NCBI GenBank assembly: GCA_963743915.1 | Contig: CAVURN010000001.1 | Span: 192,001-256,000 of the forward strand | Source: an uncultured Actinomycetota bacterium | GTDB lineage: Bacteria; Actinomycetota; Actinomycetes; JAHEKZ01 | DNA length: 64,000 bases | Direction: 5' to 3' | Shown here: piece by piece, positions 17,281 to 28,661 of the stretch | Layout: each line of letters starts with the position of its first letter | Position numbering within the stretch: position 1 is the stretch's first letter | The notes under the pieces: model-generated | The model's input: the letters and a program-made list of their open reading frames with translations, nothing else | Told to the model about the DNA's origin: nothing | Databases searched by the model: none | Position numbers and translations under genes: made by a program

Positions 17281-17685
17281 ATGACGATGACTGACCCGAT
17301 CGCAGACATGCTGACGCGTCTGCGCAATGCCAACTCGGCGTTCCACGAAGACGTCGCCATGCCCTCGAGCAAAATCAAGCAGGGCATCGCGCAGATCCTG
17401 AAGGACCAGGGCTACGTCAAGGACTGGCGTGTCCAGAGCGACGAGGGCGCGCCCGGCGAGACGCTGGTGATCGACCTCAAGTTCGGTCCGCAGCGCGAGC
17501 GTTCCATCGCCGGTATCCGCCGCATCTCCAAGCCGGGGCTGCGCGTGTACGCCAAGGCGACCGCGATGCCACGGGTTCTCGGTGGTCTGGGGATCGCCAT
17601 CATCTCGACCTCCTCGGGTCTGATGACCGACAAGCAGGCGACCAAGAAGGGCGTGGGTGGGGAAGTCCTCGCCTACGTCTGGTGA
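17281..17685 (+). CDS. rpsH: 30S ribosomal protein S8
   Basis: [18 protein letters not shown]...GGEVLAYVW. Confidence 0.99.
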   Translation: MTMTDPIADMLTRLRNANSAFHEDVAMPSSKIKQGIAQILKDQGYVKDWRVQSDEGAPGETLVIDLKFGPQRERSIAGIRRISKPGLRVYAKATAMPRVLGGLGIAIISTSSGLMTDKQATKKGVGGEVLAYVW

Positions 17686-17697
17686 CGGGGGTCTGAC

Positions 17698-18237
17698 ATG
17701 TCACGCATCGGAAAGCTCCCCATCACCCTCCCCACCGGGGTCGACGTCGCCATCGAGGGCCAGGACGTGACGGTCAAGGGGCCGAAGGGGTCCCTGAGCC
17801 ACACGATCGCAGAGCCGTTGACGGTCGAGCGCACCGAGTCCGGCGATCTGCTGGTCAATCGTCCCAACGACGAGCGTCTGGCCAAGTCGCTGCATGGGCT
17901 CACCCGTACGCTCGTGGCCAACATGGTCACGGGCGTCACCGAGGGCTACGAGAAGAAGCTCGAGATCGTCGGCGTCGGCTACCGCGTCACGGCCAAGGGC
18001 AAGGACCTCGAGTTCGCCGTCGGCTACAGCCACCCCGTGGTCGTCACCCCACCAGAGGGCATCTCGTTCGCCGTGGAGAGCCCCACCAAGTTCTCGGTCG
18101 CAGGTATCGACAAGCAGCAGGTGGGCCAGGTGGCGGCGAACATCCGCAAGATCCGCAAGCCCGAGCCCTACAAGGGCAAAGGCATCCGGTACGCCGGAGA
18201 GCACGTCCGCCGCAAGGTCGGAAAGGCTGGTAAGTAG
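17698..18237 (+). CDS. rplF: 50S ribosomal protein L6
   Basis: MSRIGKLPI...[11 protein letters not shown]. Confidence 0.99.
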   Translation: MSRIGKLPITLPTGVDVAIEGQDVTVKGPKGSLSHTIAEPLTVERTESGDLLVNRPNDERLAKSLHGLTRTLVANMVTGVTEGYEKKLEIVGVGYRVTAKGKDLEFAVGYSHPVVVTPPEGISFAVESPTKFSVAGIDKQQVGQVAANIRKIRKPEPYKGKGIRYAGEHVRRKVGKAGK

Positions 18238-18239
18238 TC

Positions 18240-18620
18240 ATGGCCATCACCACCAAGCCAGGGCGCCGCACGGCACGGCAGGCGTCACGATCCCGTCGGC
18301 ACCTGCGGGTCCGCAAGAAGGTCGAAGGCACCACCGCGCGTCCGCGCATGGTGGTCAACCGTTCGGCCCGCCATGTGTTCGTCCAGGTGATCGACGACTC
18401 AGTGGGACGCACGCTCGCCTCTGCCTCGAGCATGGAAGCCGACCTGCGCTCGTTGGAGGGCGACAAGACCGCCAAGGCCCGCAAGGTGGGGTCACTGGTG
18501 GCCGAGCGAGCCAAAGCGGCAGGCATCGATGCCGTCGTCTTCGACCGCGGCGGCAACCGGTACACCGGGCGGGTCGCGGCGATCGCCGACGGCGCGCGTG
18601 AAGCCGGACTGAACTTCTGA
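18240..18620 (+). CDS. rplR: 50S ribosomal protein L18
   Basis: [28 protein letters not shown]. Confidence 0.99.
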   Translation: MAITTKPGRRTARQASRSRRHLRVRKKVEGTTARPRMVVNRSARHVFVQVIDDSVGRTLASASSMEADLRSLEGDKTAKARKVGSLVAERAKAAGIDAVVFDRGGNRYTGRVAAIADGAREAGLNF

Positions 18621-18651
18621 TCCCGACCATCGAAGAAGAGGAAGCATCCAC

Positions 18652-19245
18652 ATGAGCAGCGCACCATCGCGCCGCGGCAGTGCCGGGGGCAACGAGCGTC
18701 GCGGACGCCGCGGCGATGCCGCCGACAAGACGCCGTACGTCGAGCGCGTCGTCGCCATCAACCGTGTGGCCAAGGTGGTCAAGGGTGGTCGTCGGTTCTC
18801 CTTCACCGCCCTCGTCGTGGTCGGTGACGGTGATGGAACCGTCGGCGTCGGCTACGGCAAGGCCAAGGAGGTCCCGGCCGCCATCGCCAAGGGCGTCGAG
18901 GAGGCCAAGAAGAGTTTCTTCAAGGTTCCGCGGATCCAGGGCACCATCCCGCACCCGGTGCAGGGTGAGGACGCAGCGGGCGTCGTCCTGCTCAAGCCCG
19001 CCGCACCTGGTACCGGTGTGATCGCCGGCGGTCCGGTTCGAGCGGTGCTCGAGGCAGCCGGAATCCACGACGTGCTGTCCAAGTCGCTCGGGTCGTCCAA
19101 CGCGATCAACATCGTCCACGCGACCGTGACTGCGCTGAAAGGTCTGGAACGCCCCGAAGCAGTGGCCGCACGTCGCGGGCTGCCGCTCGAGGATGTGGCA
19201 CCGGAGGGTCTGCTCCGGGCTCGTGCCGCGGGGATGAGCTCCTGA
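18652..19245 (+). CDS. rpsE: 30S ribosomal protein S5
   Basis: [24 protein letters not shown]. Confidence 0.99.
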   Translation: MSSAPSRRGSAGGNERRGRRGDAADKTPYVERVVAINRVAKVVKGGRRFSFTALVVVGDGDGTVGVGYGKAKEVPAAIAKGVEEAKKSFFKVPRIQGTIPHPVQGEDAAGVVLLKPAAPGTGVIAGGPVRAVLEAAGIHDVLSKSLGSSNAINIVHATVTALKGLERPEAVAARRGLPLEDVAPEGLLRARAAGMSS

Positions 19246-19427
19246 TGGGCCGGCTGAAGGTCACCCAGAAGAAGTCCACCATCGGCGGCACCAGCAGCCA
19301 GCGGCACTCGCTGCGGTCGCTGGGCCTGAAGCGCATCGGCGACGTCGTCGTCAAGGAGGACCGCCCTGAGATCCGGGGCATGGTCAACACGGTGTCGCAC
19401 CTCGTCACCGTCGAGGAGGTCGACTGA
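19245..19427 (+). CDS. rpmD: 50S ribosomal protein L30
   Basis: [11 protein letters not shown]...[10 protein letters not shown]; 60 aa. Confidence 0.98.
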   Translation: MGRLKVTQKKSTIGGTSSQRHSLRSLGLKRIGDVVVKEDRPEIRGMVNTVSHLVTVEEVD

Positions 19428-19428
19428 C

Positions 19429-19869
19429 ATGACACTCAAGGTCCACCACCTGCGTCCGGCGCCCGGCGCCAAGACGCCGAAGACCCGAGTGGGTCGCGGT
19501 GAAGGCTCCAAGGGCAAGACAGCCGGCCGCGGCACCAAGGGCACCAAGGCCCGGTACCAGGTTCCCGCCAACTTCGAGGGTGGGCAGATGCCGCTGCACA
19601 TGCGGCTGCCCAAGCTTCGTGGCTTCAAGAACCCGAACAAGGTCGAGTTCCAGGTCGTCAACCTCGCCAAGCTCTCCGAGCTCTTCCCGGAGGGTGGCCA
19701 GGTCGGCGTCGCCGAGCTGGTGGCAGCCGGTGCAGTGCGCAAGGGGCGTCCGGTCAAGATTCTCGGCAACGGTGACCTCACGGTCGCCGTCGAGGTGACG
19801 GCGCACGCGTTCTCCGAGACGGCCAAGACCAAGATCGCCGCCGCCGGCGGATCCACCACCGAGCTGTAG
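19429..19869 (+). CDS. rplO: 50S ribosomal protein L15
   Basis: [27 protein letters not shown]. Confidence 0.99.
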   Translation: MTLKVHHLRPAPGAKTPKTRVGRGEGSKGKTAGRGTKGTKARYQVPANFEGGQMPLHMRLPKLRGFKNPNKVEFQVVNLAKLSELFPEGGQVGVAELVAAGAVRKGRPVKILGNGDLTVAVEVTAHAFSETAKTKIAAAGGSTTEL

Positions 19870-19944
19870 GGCTCACCGGCAACCGATCCCGTCCGAGGTC
19901 GGCTGTTAGGGTCCCTGGCACGACCATCCGCGGGAGGACCAGCT

Positions 19945-21240
19945 GTGATGCTGCGAGTGTTCGCTCAGGCGTTCCGCACGCCTGACCTGCGCAACAAGCT
20001 GTTCTTCACGCTGTCCATGATCGCGATCTATCGCGTCGGGTCGTTCGTGCCCACACCCGGAGTCGACTATCCCGCGGTGCAGCGTTGCCTCGATGCCGTC
20101 CAGGACGACAGCCTGTACGCGCTGATCAACCTGTTCAGCGGGGGTGCGCTGCTGCAGCTGTCGATCTTCGCGCTCGGCATCATGCCCTACATCACGGCGA
20201 GCATCATCCTGCAGCTGCTCACGGTGGTCATCCCGCGCCTCGAGACCCTCAAGAAGGAGGGTCAGGCGGGCACCGCCAAGATCACCCAGTACACCCGCTA
20301 CCTCACGGTGGGACTGGCGATCCTGCAGTCCACGGGCATCATCGCGCTGGCGCGTTCCGGCCAGCTGCTGCAGGGCTGCCCGGAGCCGATCATCCCCGAC
20401 GACTCCGTGACCATGACGATCTCGATGATCGCGATCATGACCGCGGGCACCTCGATCATCATGTGGCTGGGCGAGCTCATCACCGATCGTGGCGTCGGCA
20501 ACGGAATGTCCCTGATGATCTTCACCTCGATCATCGCCGGCTTCCCCGGTCAGCTCAGCGCCATCTACCAGAGCCGTGGTGCGTGGACGTTCCTCGTCGT
20601 CATCGTGGTCGGGTTGGCCGTGGTCGCCTTCGTCGTCCTGATGGAACAGGCGCAGCGCCGAATACCGGTGCAGTACGCCAAGCGGATGGTGGGGCGTCGC
20701 CAGTACGGCGGCTCGTCGACGTACATCCCGATCAAGGTGAACCAGGCCGGCGTCATCCCCGTCATCTTCGCCTCATCGATGCTGTACCTGCCGGTGCTCT
20801 TCGTCACCTTGAGCAACAACCAGGGGGCCATCAACACCTGGGTCCAGACCCACCTCGTGCGCGGCAGCGGCGCCTGGTACGCGGGGCTCTTCTTCGCCCT
20901 GACGGTCTTCTTCACGTACTTCTACGTGGCGATCACCTTCAACTCCAACGACATCGCCGACAACATGAAGAAGTACGGCGGCTTCATCCCGGGCATCCGT
21001 GCAGGGCGTCCGACCGCCGAGTACCTCGACTACGTGCTGAGTCGGCTGACCGCCGTCGGCTCGGTGTACCTGGCGGCCATCGCCGTGATTCCCATCGTCG
21101 TCTTCGCCAGTTTCGGCCAGGGTCAGAACTTCCTGTTCGGCGGCACCTCGATCCTGATCATGGTCGGTGTCGGGCTCGACACCGTGAAGCAGATCGAGAG
21201 CCAGCTGCAGCAGCGCTCGTACGAAGGGTTCCTGCGCTAG
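19945..21240 (+). CDS. secY: Preprotein translocase subunit SecY
   Basis: [40 protein letters not shown]. Confidence 0.99.
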   Translation: MMLRVFAQAFRTPDLRNKLFFTLSMIAIYRVGSFVPTPGVDYPAVQRCLDAVQDDSLYALINLFSGGALLQLSIFALGIMPYITASIILQLLTVVIPRLETLKKEGQAGTAKITQYTRYLTVGLAILQSTGIIALARSGQLLQGCPEPIIPDDSVTMTISMIAIMTAGTSIIMWLGELITDRGVGNGMSLMIFTSIIAGFPGQLSAIYQSRGAWTFLVVIVVGLAVVAFVVLMEQAQRRIPVQYAKRMVGRRQYGGSSTYIPIKVNQAGVIPVIFASSMLYLPVLFVTLSNNQGAINTWVQTHLVRGSGAWYAGLFFALTVFFTYFYVAITFNSNDIADNMKKYGGFIPGIRAGRPTAEYLDYVLSRLTAVGSVYLAAIAVIPIVVFASFGQGQNFLFGGTSILIMVGVGLDTVKQIESQLQQRSYEGFLR

Positions 21241-21794
21241 TGCGACTCGTCCTCGTGGGCCCACCGGGGGCGGGAAAGGGCACCCAGGCGGCGGTGATCT
21301 CCGGCAAGCTCGGCGTCCCGCACATCTCCACCGGCGACATCTTCCGGGCGAACGTCGGCCAGGGCACACCCCTCGGTCAGCAGGCCCAGCAGTACATGGA
21401 TGCCGGCGAGCTCGTTCCCGACGAGGTGACCAACGCGATGGTGGCCGACCGCCTGGCGCAGCCGGATGCTCGGTCCGGCTTCCTGCTCGACGGCTACCCG
21501 CGCAACGTCGGGCAGGCCGACGTCCTGGCCGAGCTGCTCAGCGCCTCCGGTGCACATCTCGACGCCGTCGTCGAGATCGTGGTCGACACCGAGCACCTGC
21601 TCGAGCGCCTGCGCGCTCGCGGTCAGGGACGGGTGGACGACGCCGAGGACGTGATCCGGCATCGGCTCGATGTCTACGCGTCCGAGACCGCACCCCTCGT
21701 GGACTACTACCGAGCGCTCAGTCTGCTGCGCACGGTCGACGGCGTCGGCGCAGTCGAGGACGTCTCTGCCCGGATCCTCGACGTCCTGAGCTGA
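21240..21794 (+). CDS. adk: Adenylate kinase (short-LID type)
   Basis: [26 protein letters not shown]; GTG overlaps the secY stop. Confidence 0.98.
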   Translation: MRLVLVGPPGAGKGTQAAVISGKLGVPHISTGDIFRANVGQGTPLGQQAQQYMDAGELVPDEVTNAMVADRLAQPDARSGFLLDGYPRNVGQADVLAELLSASGAHLDAVVEIVVDTEHLLERLRARGQGRVDDAEDVIRHRLDVYASETAPLVDYYRALSLLRTVDGVGAVEDVSARILDVLS

Positions 21795-22618
21795 TGTTCA
21801 ACCGCAAGAGCTCGATCGAGATCAAGAAGCCCGAGCAGCTTCAGAAGATGCGGGCCGCCGGCCTCGTCGTCGCCGACACGCTCGCTGCGCTTCGCGACAC
21901 CGTCCGTCCGGGCATCACGACGGGTGACCTCGACGTCGTGGCGCGCGACATCATCGCCGCCGCGGGGGCGACGCCCTCGTTCCTGGGGTACCACGGCTAC
22001 CCGGCGGTCATCTGCGTCTCGGTCAACGACGAGGTCGTCCATGGCATCCCCGGTGCCCGGGAGATCGCCGCCGGCGACGTGGTCTCGATCGACTGCGGAG
22101 CCATCGTCGACGGTTGGCACGGTGACGCCGCCTTCTCGATGCTCGTCGGGGACGGAGACGAGAGCGGAGAGGTCGCCCGGCTGCTCGACGTGACCGAGAA
22201 CGCGCTCTGGCGGGGTATCGCACAGGCCCGGGCCGGAGGACGCCTCAGCGACATCGGCCACGCGGTCGAGGCGCACGTCCGCGCGTGCGGTGACTACGGC
22301 GTCGTCGAGGAGTATGTGGGTCACGGGATCGGGACCTCGATGCACATGGACCCGAGCGTGCCGAACTACGGCCAGCCCGGACACGGCCCCAAGCTCGTGG
22401 CGGGCATGGCGCTGGCCATCGAGCCGATGGTCAACCTGGGCAGCCGGCACACCCGGACGCTCGAGGACGACTGGACGGTGGTCACCCTCGACGGCCGGTG
22501 GTCGGCCCACTTCGAGCACACGGTGGCGATCACCCCGGACGGACCCTGGGTCCTGACCGCCCACGACGGGGGAGCGGAGCGGCTGCGCGCTCTGGGAGTC
22601 CCGACGCCCGCCGTCTGA
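21794..22618 (+). CDS. map: Methionine aminopeptidase type I
   Basis: SVNDEVVHGIP, GHGIG, IEPM, AHFEHTV. Confidence 0.98.
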   Translation: MFNRKSSIEIKKPEQLQKMRAAGLVVADTLAALRDTVRPGITTGDLDVVARDIIAAAGATPSFLGYHGYPAVICVSVNDEVVHGIPGAREIAAGDVVSIDCGAIVDGWHGDAAFSMLVGDGDESGEVARLLDVTENALWRGIAQARAGGRLSDIGHAVEAHVRACGDYGVVEEYVGHGIGTSMHMDPSVPNYGQPGHGPKLVAGMALAIEPMVNLGSRHTRTLEDDWTVVTLDGRWSAHFEHTVAITPDGPWVLTAHDGGAERLRALGVPTPAV

Positions 22619-22628
22619 CCCGCCGATT

Positions 22629-22688
22629 TCTACGCCAGAGCGCCACGATTACCCGTCCTGCGGCGTGACTGTGGCGCCCTGGCGTAGA
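22629..22688. repeat. Long imperfect inverted repeat (terminator or REP-like)
   Basis: TCTACGCCAGAGCGCCAC...GTGGCGCCCTGGCGTAGA. Confidence 0.7.
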
Positions 22689-22695
22689 GGGTGGT

Positions 22696-22773
22696 ATTCC
22701 CGAGTTTGACGATCGGGATTGCATGAGCGAGGGATCTGTGGCACCCTTTTCCTACTAAGTCACTAGGAAAAGG
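22696..22773. promoter_or_regulatory. Two palindromic operators (Rrf2/CymR-like) upstream of tauE
   Basis: ATTCCCGA-N9-TCGGGATT (22696-22720) and CCTTTTCCTA-N9-TAGGAAAAGG (22745-22773). Confidence 0.65.
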
Positions 22774-22780
22774 TGTCAAC

Positions 22781-23698
22781 ATGTGGTTCTTCGCGATCTT
22801 CGCGCTCGCCGGCGGTGCTGCTCAGCTGGTCGACGGCACGCTCGGCATGGGCTTCGGCGTCACCTCCGCGACGATCCTGCTGTCCATGGGCGTGAGCGCT
22901 GCGGCGGCGTCGGCCGCCACCCACGCGGCGAAGCTGCCGACCACCTTCGTGAGCGGCCTCACCCACTGGCGGCAGGGGAACGTGGACAAGAAGACCCTTC
23001 TTCGTGTGGCGCTCCCCGGGGCGGTCATGGCGTTCATTGGCGCCGTTGTCCTCGTGAACATCAGCCTGTCTGCTGCCAAAGGCTGGATGTCCGGTCTGCT
23101 GCTCTTCTTTGGCCTGGTGATCTTCGTCCGATTCGGCTTCAACTACCGGCTGATCCCGGCCCCACGGAGCGGGCACACCGCCTGGTGGCTGTCACCGATC
23201 GGCGCGCTCGGGGGGCTGGTCGACTCACTGGGTGGCGGTGGCTGGGGGCCGGTGGTGACTCCGTCGCTGATGACGGTCACCGAGCACGAGCCGCGGAAGG
23301 TCGTGGGTAGTGTGAACGCGGCGGAGTTCTTCGTCGCGCTCGCCGCCTCGGCGGGCTTCCTCACCGGTGCCGAGCAGCTCGAGGCGGACATGCCCTGGTT
23401 CGCCGTCCTCGGTCTCGTCGCCGGGGGCGTGGTCGTCGCGCCGTTCGCGGCCCGCCTGGCCGGGCGCCTTCCGCACCATGTGATGGGGACTCTCGTCGGA
23501 GGGCTGATCCTGGTCGTGAACGGGCAGATCATCTTCCTGGCGCTGGGCCTGCCCCAGTCCCTCGGCTGGATCCTGCTGGCGTCGGCCCTGGTCGCGACCG
23601 GGGTGGTGGCCAAGGGCGCGTACGCGCACGACCGCGCCGAGCAGGCCCGTCGCAGCCACGACGACGGACAGGCGCCGGCCCTCGAGCACCTGCGGTAG
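22781..23698 (+). CDS. Sulfite exporter TauE/SafE family membrane protein
   Basis: AQLVDGTLGMGFGV, GGGGWGPVVTP, VVGSVNAAEF; multiple TM helices. Confidence 0.9.
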   Translation: MWFFAIFALAGGAAQLVDGTLGMGFGVTSATILLSMGVSAAAASAATHAAKLPTTFVSGLTHWRQGNVDKKTLLRVALPGAVMAFIGAVVLVNISLSAAKGWMSGLLLFFGLVIFVRFGFNYRLIPAPRSGHTAWWLSPIGALGGLVDSLGGGGWGPVVTPSLMTVTEHEPRKVVGSVNAAEFFVALAASAGFLTGAEQLEADMPWFAVLGLVAGGVVVAPFAARLAGRLPHHVMGTLVGGLILVVNGQIIFLALGLPQSLGWILLASALVATGVVAKGAYAHDRAEQARRSHDDGQAPALEHLR

Positions 23699-23896
23699 CG
23701 ACTGCTGCAGCGCGGGCCGACCGAGCCGGGCCACACCTGATTGGCCATCCCCGGCCCCCCTCCCGTAGACTGCCGTGTCGGCTTCAAAGCCGCCGCTTCG
23801 TCGCGCCCCGCGGCTGGGACAGGCAAACCGAGGCGGTACTTCGGCCGATCGACCGAAACCACGACGCACAACGCCCGTGAGGGTGCGAAAGGAACC

Positions 23897-24118
23897 ATGG
23901 CCAAGAAGGAAGGTGCCATCGAGATCGAAGGCACCGTCGTCGAGTCTCTTCCCAATGCGATGTTCCGGGTCGAGCTCACCAACGGCCACAAGGTCCTCGC
24001 GCACATCAGCGGCAAGATGCGCCAGCACTACATCCGGATCCTCCCCGAGGACCGCGTGGTGGTGGAGCTGAGCCCCTACGACCTCACCCGCGGACGCATC
24101 GTCTATCGGTACAAGTAA
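23897..24118 (+). CDS. infA: Translation initiation factor IF-1
   Basis: [27 protein letters not shown]...[13 protein letters not shown]. Confidence 0.99.
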   Translation: MAKKEGAIEIEGTVVESLPNAMFRVELTNGHKVLAHISGKMRQHYIRILPEDRVVVELSPYDLTRGRIVYRYK

Positions 24119-24190
24119 CCCGCCCTATCGCGTCCGGGACGGTGGCCTCACGGTCCACCTGCTCGGACACAAAGCCCCGGAGCACGCACG

Positions 24191-24304
24191 ATGAAGGTCA
24201 ACCCGAGCGTCAAGCCCATCTGCGACAAGTGCAAGGTCATTCGCCGGCACGGTCGCGTGATGGTGATTTGCGAGAACCTGCGCCACAAGCAGCGCCAGGG
24301 CTGA
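24191..24304 (+). CDS. rpmJ: 50S ribosomal protein L36 (zinc form; not in ORF track)
   Basis: [37 protein letters not shown]. Confidence 0.98.
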   Translation: MKVNPSVKPICDKCKVIRRHGRVMVICENLRHKQRQG

Positions 24305-24498
24305 CCCGGCGCGTTTCCGGCACCGACAACTGCACACGCACGACCTGTAGTCCCAGCACCCAAGGGCTGCATCCGACCCCTGCGGAGTCCCCGACCCCTG
24401 CAGGACGCCACCTCCGGACGAAGGCCGGAGACCGCGCGCCGGTAACGACGCTCGGACCGATGCGGCTGACAGACCTTCGCCAGTGAATGAGGAGCACC

Positions 24499-24879
24499 AT
24501 GGCTCGCCTTGTGGGCGTAGACCTCCCGCGTGAGAAGCGCATGGAGATCGCCCTGACGTACATCTACGGCATCGGCCGTACCCGCGCGAAGGAGACCCTC
24601 GCCGCCACCGGCGTCGACCCCAACATGCGGTCAGCAGACCTCACCGACGAGCAGCTGGTGAAGCTGCGCGACTGGATCGAGGAGAAGTACCAGATCGAAG
24701 GTGACCTCCGCCGCGAGGTGGCCGCCGACATCCGCCGCAAGGTCGAGATCGGCAGCTACGAGGGCCTTCGCCACCGCCGCGGACTGCCCGTCCGTGGGCA
24801 GCGCACCCACACCAACGCGCGGTCCCGCAAGGGTCCCCGCAAGGCTGTGGCCGGCAAGAAGAAGGTCACCAAGAAGTAG
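24499..24879 (+). CDS. rpsM: 30S ribosomal protein S13
   Basis: [14 protein letters not shown]...[15 protein letters not shown]. Confidence 0.99.
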   Translation: MARLVGVDLPREKRMEIALTYIYGIGRTRAKETLAATGVDPNMRSADLTDEQLVKLRDWIEEKYQIEGDLRREVAADIRRKVEIGSYEGLRHRRGLPVRGQRTHTNARSRKGPRKAVAGKKKVTKK

Positions 24880-24945
24880 CCGCACGTTCCGCAGCCCGCC
24901 CGGGCGCAACGATGCGGATCGACGACCTCCAGGAGTGGAAGAGAC

Positions 24946-25347
24946 ATGCCCCCCAAGGCAAAGACTGGCGCCAAGAAGGTGCGGCGCAAGGAGAAGAAGA
25001 ACGTGGCCCACGGCCACGCTCACATCAAGAGCACGTTCAACAACACGATCGTCTCGATCACCGACCCGACCGGTGCGGTGATCTCATGGGCGTCCGCCGG
25101 CCAGGTCGGCTTCAAGGGTTCCCGCAAGTCGACGCCGTACGCCGCGCAGATGACTGCAGAGGCTGCCGCCCGTCGCGCGCAGGAGCACGGGATGCGCAAG
25201 GTCGACGTGTTCGTCAAGGGCCCGGGATCCGGCCGTGAGACCGCGATCCGCGCCCTGCAAGCAGCCGGCCTCGAGGTCGGCTCGATCCAGGACGTCACCC
25301 CCGTCCCGTTCAACGGTTGCCGGCCGCCCAAGCGTCGCCGCGTCTGA
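24946..25347 (+). CDS. rpsK: 30S ribosomal protein S11
   Basis: [43 protein letters not shown]. Confidence 0.99.
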   Translation: MPPKAKTGAKKVRRKEKKNVAHGHAHIKSTFNNTIVSITDPTGAVISWASAGQVGFKGSRKSTPYAAQMTAEAAARRAQEHGMRKVDVFVKGPGSGRETAIRALQAAGLEVGSIQDVTPVPFNGCRPPKRRRV

Positions 25348-25377
25348 CACCCCTTCGAAGCAGGAGCAGAGACTTAG

Positions 25378-26004
25378 ATGGCCAGGTACACCGGAGCCGA
25401 CTGCCGCAAGTGCCGTCGCGCGAAGATGAAGCTCTACCTCAAGGGCGCCAAGTGTGACAGCGCCAAGTGCCCGTTCGAGGCGCGCCCCTACCCTCCCGGT
25501 CAGCACGGCCGGGGTCGCAGCAAGGACAGTGAGTACCTGCTGCAGCTTCGCGAGAAGCAGAAGGCGAAGCAGATGTACGGCATCTTCGAGCGGCAGTTCC
25601 GCGGCTACTACGAAGAGGCGAACCAGAAGAAGGGCAAGACGGGCGACAACCTGCTCCGCATCCTGGAGTCGCGGCTGGACAACGTCGTCTACCGCGCCGG
25701 CTACGCCAAGTCGCGCGACATGGGACGCCAGCTCGTGCGTCACGGCCACTTCCTGGTGAACGGTCGTAAGGTCGACGTTCCGTCGTTCCGCGTGTCCGAG
25801 AGCGACATCATCGAGGTTCGCCCCAGCTCGGTCGACCTCACCCCGTTCGTCGTGGCACGTGCCGAGGTGGGGGAGCGTGAGGTTCCTGCCTGGCTCGAGG
25901 TCATCCCCTCGAAGATGCGCATCCTCGTGCACTCGCTGCCGGTTCGGCAGCAGATCGACTCCCAGCTGCAGGAGCAGCTGATCGTCGAGCTCTACTCCAA
26001 GTAG
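25378..26004 (+). CDS. rpsD: 30S ribosomal protein S4 (Cys-containing form)
   Basis: MARYTGADCRKCRR...LESRLDNVVYR. Confidence 0.99.
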   Translation: MARYTGADCRKCRRAKMKLYLKGAKCDSAKCPFEARPYPPGQHGRGRSKDSEYLLQLREKQKAKQMYGIFERQFRGYYEEANQKKGKTGDNLLRILESRLDNVVYRAGYAKSRDMGRQLVRHGHFLVNGRKVDVPSFRVSESDIIEVRPSSVDLTPFVVARAEVGEREVPAWLEVIPSKMRILVHSLPVRQQIDSQLQEQLIVELYSK

Positions 26005-26054
26005 GCACGACAACCCGCAGCGTGCGGCACCCGCCACGCGCTGTCCCTGTTCGA

Positions 26055-26074
26055 GGCGTCATATAGCGGGCGCC
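26055..26074 (+). promoter_or_regulatory. Candidate leader hairpin upstream of rpoA-rplQ (L17-leader-like)
   Basis: GGCGTC-atatagcg-GGCGCC hairpin just 5' of the rpoA SD. Confidence 0.45.
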
Positions 26075-26095
26075 CTGATCTGGAGGTAGTGACAC

Positions 26096-27109
26096 GTGCT
26101 CATCGCACAGCGGCCATCACTGGCCGAAGAGGTCGTCAACGAGTACCGCTCCCGTTTCATCCTCGAGCCGCTCGAGCCCGGCTTCGGCTACACGCTCGGC
26201 AACTCACTCCGCCGCACCCTGCTCTCGTCGATCCCCGGTGCCGCGGTCACGTCGATCCGCGTCGACGGGGTGCTGCACGAGTTCACGACTGTTCCGGGTG
26301 TGAAGGAGGACGTCACCGACCTCGTCCTGAACATCAAGGAGCTCATCGTCAGCACCGAGCACGACGAGCCCGTCGTCATGTACCTGCGCAAGCAGGGACC
26401 CGGGGTGGTCACGGCCGCCGACATCGCACCACCGGCCGGTGTCGAGGTGCACAACCCCGAGCTCGTGCTCGCCACCCTCAACGGCAAGGGCAAGCTCGAG
26501 ATGGAGCTGACCGTGGAGCGCGGGCGCGGCTACGTGCGCGCTGAGCTGAACAAGCAGGCGGGTCAGGAGATCGGCCGGATCCCGGTCGACTCGATCTACT
26601 CGCCGGTGCTGAAGGTGTCGTACAAGGTCGAGGCGACGCGCGTCGAGCAGCGCACCGACTTCGACCGGCTCGTCATCGACGTCGAGACCAAGGCGTCGAT
26701 GCGTCCGCGCGACGCTGTCGCGTCGGCGGGCAAGACGCTGGTCGAGCTGTTCGGTCTCTTCCGTGAGCTCAATGTCGAGGCCGAGGGCATCGACATGGGC
26801 CCCTCTCCGGCAGATGCGGCGCTGGCCGCTGACATGGCGCTGCCCATCGAGGAGCTGGACCTCACCGTTCGGTCGTACAACTGCCTCAAGCGGGAAGGCA
26901 TCCACACCGTCGGTGAGCTCATCGGCCGGAGCGAGGCCGACCTCATGGACATCCGCAACTTCGGCGCCAAGTCCATCGACGAGGTGAAGGCCAAGCTCGT
27001 GGGCCTCGGCCTGGCACTCAAGGACAGCCCCCCCGGCTTCGACCCGTCCGCGATCGTCGAGGCCTACGGCGACGACGACGAGGGCTTCGTCGAGGACGAG
27101 CAGCTCTGA
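26096..27109 (+). CDS. rpoA: RNA polymerase alpha subunit
   Basis: [38 protein letters not shown]. Confidence 0.99.
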   Translation: MLIAQRPSLAEEVVNEYRSRFILEPLEPGFGYTLGNSLRRTLLSSIPGAAVTSIRVDGVLHEFTTVPGVKEDVTDLVLNIKELIVSTEHDEPVVMYLRKQGPGVVTAADIAPPAGVEVHNPELVLATLNGKGKLEMELTVERGRGYVRAELNKQAGQEIGRIPVDSIYSPVLKVSYKVEATRVEQRTDFDRLVIDVETKASMRPRDAVASAGKTLVELFGLFRELNVEAEGIDMGPSPADAALAADMALPIEELDLTVRSYNCLKREGIHTVGELIGRSEADLMDIRNFGAKSIDEVKAKLVGLGLALKDSPPGFDPSAIVEAYGDDDEGFVEDEQL

Positions 27110-27142
27110 CCCCCGCCTGACTGATCGCAAGGAGAACGAGAG

Positions 27143-27760
27143 ATGCCAAGCCCCACCAAGGGCCCCCGTCTTGGCGGCAGTCCGGCGCACGAGCGGCTCA
27201 TGCTGGCGAACCTTGCCACCGCGCTCTTCGAGCACGGCCGCATCACCACGACCGAGGCCAAGGCCAAGCGACTCCGCCCGCTGGCGGAACGTCTGATCAC
27301 CTTCGCCAAGCGCGGTGACCTCGCCGCTCGACGGCGAGTCATGACCGTCATCCGCGACAAGGACGTCGTGCACGTGCTCTTCACCGAGGTGGCACCGATG
27401 TACGACAACCGCGCCGGTGGCTACACCCGGATCACCAAGATCGGTCCGCGCAAGGGCGACAACGCGCCCATGGCGGTGATCGAGCTGGTGGAGCGACTCG
27501 ACGAGAGCAAGCGCAAGACCCGGGCGTCGAAGCCGAAGAAGGAGGCTGCGGCGGCACCCGCACCGGCGCCTGCCGCGGCCGAGGAGGCGACCGAGGCACC
27601 TGCTGACGAGCCGATCGAGGCCGCCGAGGCAGATTCCGCAGACGTCGCCGACCAGGAGATCGAGGTCGACCCGGCTGAGGAGTCCGATGTCGATGCTGCC
27701 GCTGAGGCAGCGGAGGAGGCTGAGGGCACCGACGAGGCCCCCGAGGCCAAGGAGTCCTGA
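27143..27760 (+). CDS. rplQ: 50S ribosomal protein L17 with acidic Ala/Glu-rich tail
   Basis: [37 protein letters not shown]. Confidence 0.99.
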   Translation: MPSPTKGPRLGGSPAHERLMLANLATALFEHGRITTTEAKAKRLRPLAERLITFAKRGDLAARRRVMTVIRDKDVVHVLFTEVAPMYDNRAGGYTRITKIGPRKGDNAPMAVIELVERLDESKRKTRASKPKKEAAAAPAPAPAAAEEATEAPADEPIEAAEADSADVADQEIEVDPAEESDVDAAAEAAEEAEGTDEAPEAKES

Positions 27761-27808
27761 CGGTTCCTGAGCACGTGCACGAGCCCGTTCCCCGGGGGGA
27801 GCGGGCTC

Positions 27809-28618
27809 GTGCGTTTGCGCCTCGACCTCGGCTACGACGGCTCGGCGTTCTCCGGTTGGGCCCGGCAGCCCGGACGTCGCACGGTCGAGCAGGTCCTCGA
27901 CGAGGCTCTCGCCAAGGCATTGAGACTGCCGGCAGGGCCTGGTCTGACCGTCGCGGGGCGGACCGACGCTGGCGTGCATGCGCGCGGACAGGTGGCCCAC
28001 TGCGACGTCCCACGGTCGATCTGGCAGGAGCACGGCTCGACGGTGCTGAGGCGCCTCCGCGGCGCCCTTCCGCAAGATGTCCGGGTCACCACGGCTGCGC
28101 CCGCGCCCGAGGGCTTCGACGCGCGGTTCAGTGCGACGTCTCGACGCTACTGCTACCGCATCTCCGACGACTCCACCGGTGTAGACCCGGTTCGGCGTGT
28201 GGATGTCCTCTGGCACCGACGTCCGCTGGACGTGGACGCGATGCGCACCGCGGCCCCCGCGCTGCTCGGAGAGCACGACTTCGCTGCCTTCTGCAGACGG
28301 CGAGAGGGGGCGAGCACCGTCCGCACCCTGCGTGAGCTCAGCTGGACGCGCGAGGACCACGGTCTGGTGGTGGCAACCGTGGTGGCCGACGCCTTCTGCC
28401 ACAACATGGTCCGCTCGCTGGTGGGCGCCTGCGTCGCGGTCGGGGAGGGCCGCCGTCCGGCTTCGTGGGTGGGTGAGGTGCTCGATTCTGCGGAACGGTC
28501 CTCGGACGTCACCGTGATGCCGCCCCACGGCCTGACGCTCGAGGAAGTGACCTACCCGCCGGACAGCGCGATGGCCAGCCGAGCGCACGAAGCACGAAGT
28601 CTCCGCACGCTCGGCTGA
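27809..28618 (+). CDS. truA: tRNA pseudouridine(38-40) synthase
   Basis: [34 protein letters not shown]. Confidence 0.97.
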   Translation: MRLRLDLGYDGSAFSGWARQPGRRTVEQVLDEALAKALRLPAGPGLTVAGRTDAGVHARGQVAHCDVPRSIWQEHGSTVLRRLRGALPQDVRVTTAAPAPEGFDARFSATSRRYCYRISDDSTGVDPVRRVDVLWHRRPLDVDAMRTAAPALLGEHDFAAFCRRREGASTVRTLRELSWTREDHGLVVATVVADAFCHNMVRSLVGACVAVGEGRRPASWVGEVLDSAERSSDVTVMPPHGLTLEEVTYPPDSAMASRAHEARSLRTLG

Positions 28619-28661
28619 CCGAGGTGGCGCCGACAGGAGTGAGGGCCGGCGCCTGCGGGGA

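Noticed and set aside
27500-27760. Long acidic Ala-rich extensions on L17 (also S3, L4, S9)
   Set aside because: Common low-complexity tails in actinobacterial ribosomal proteins
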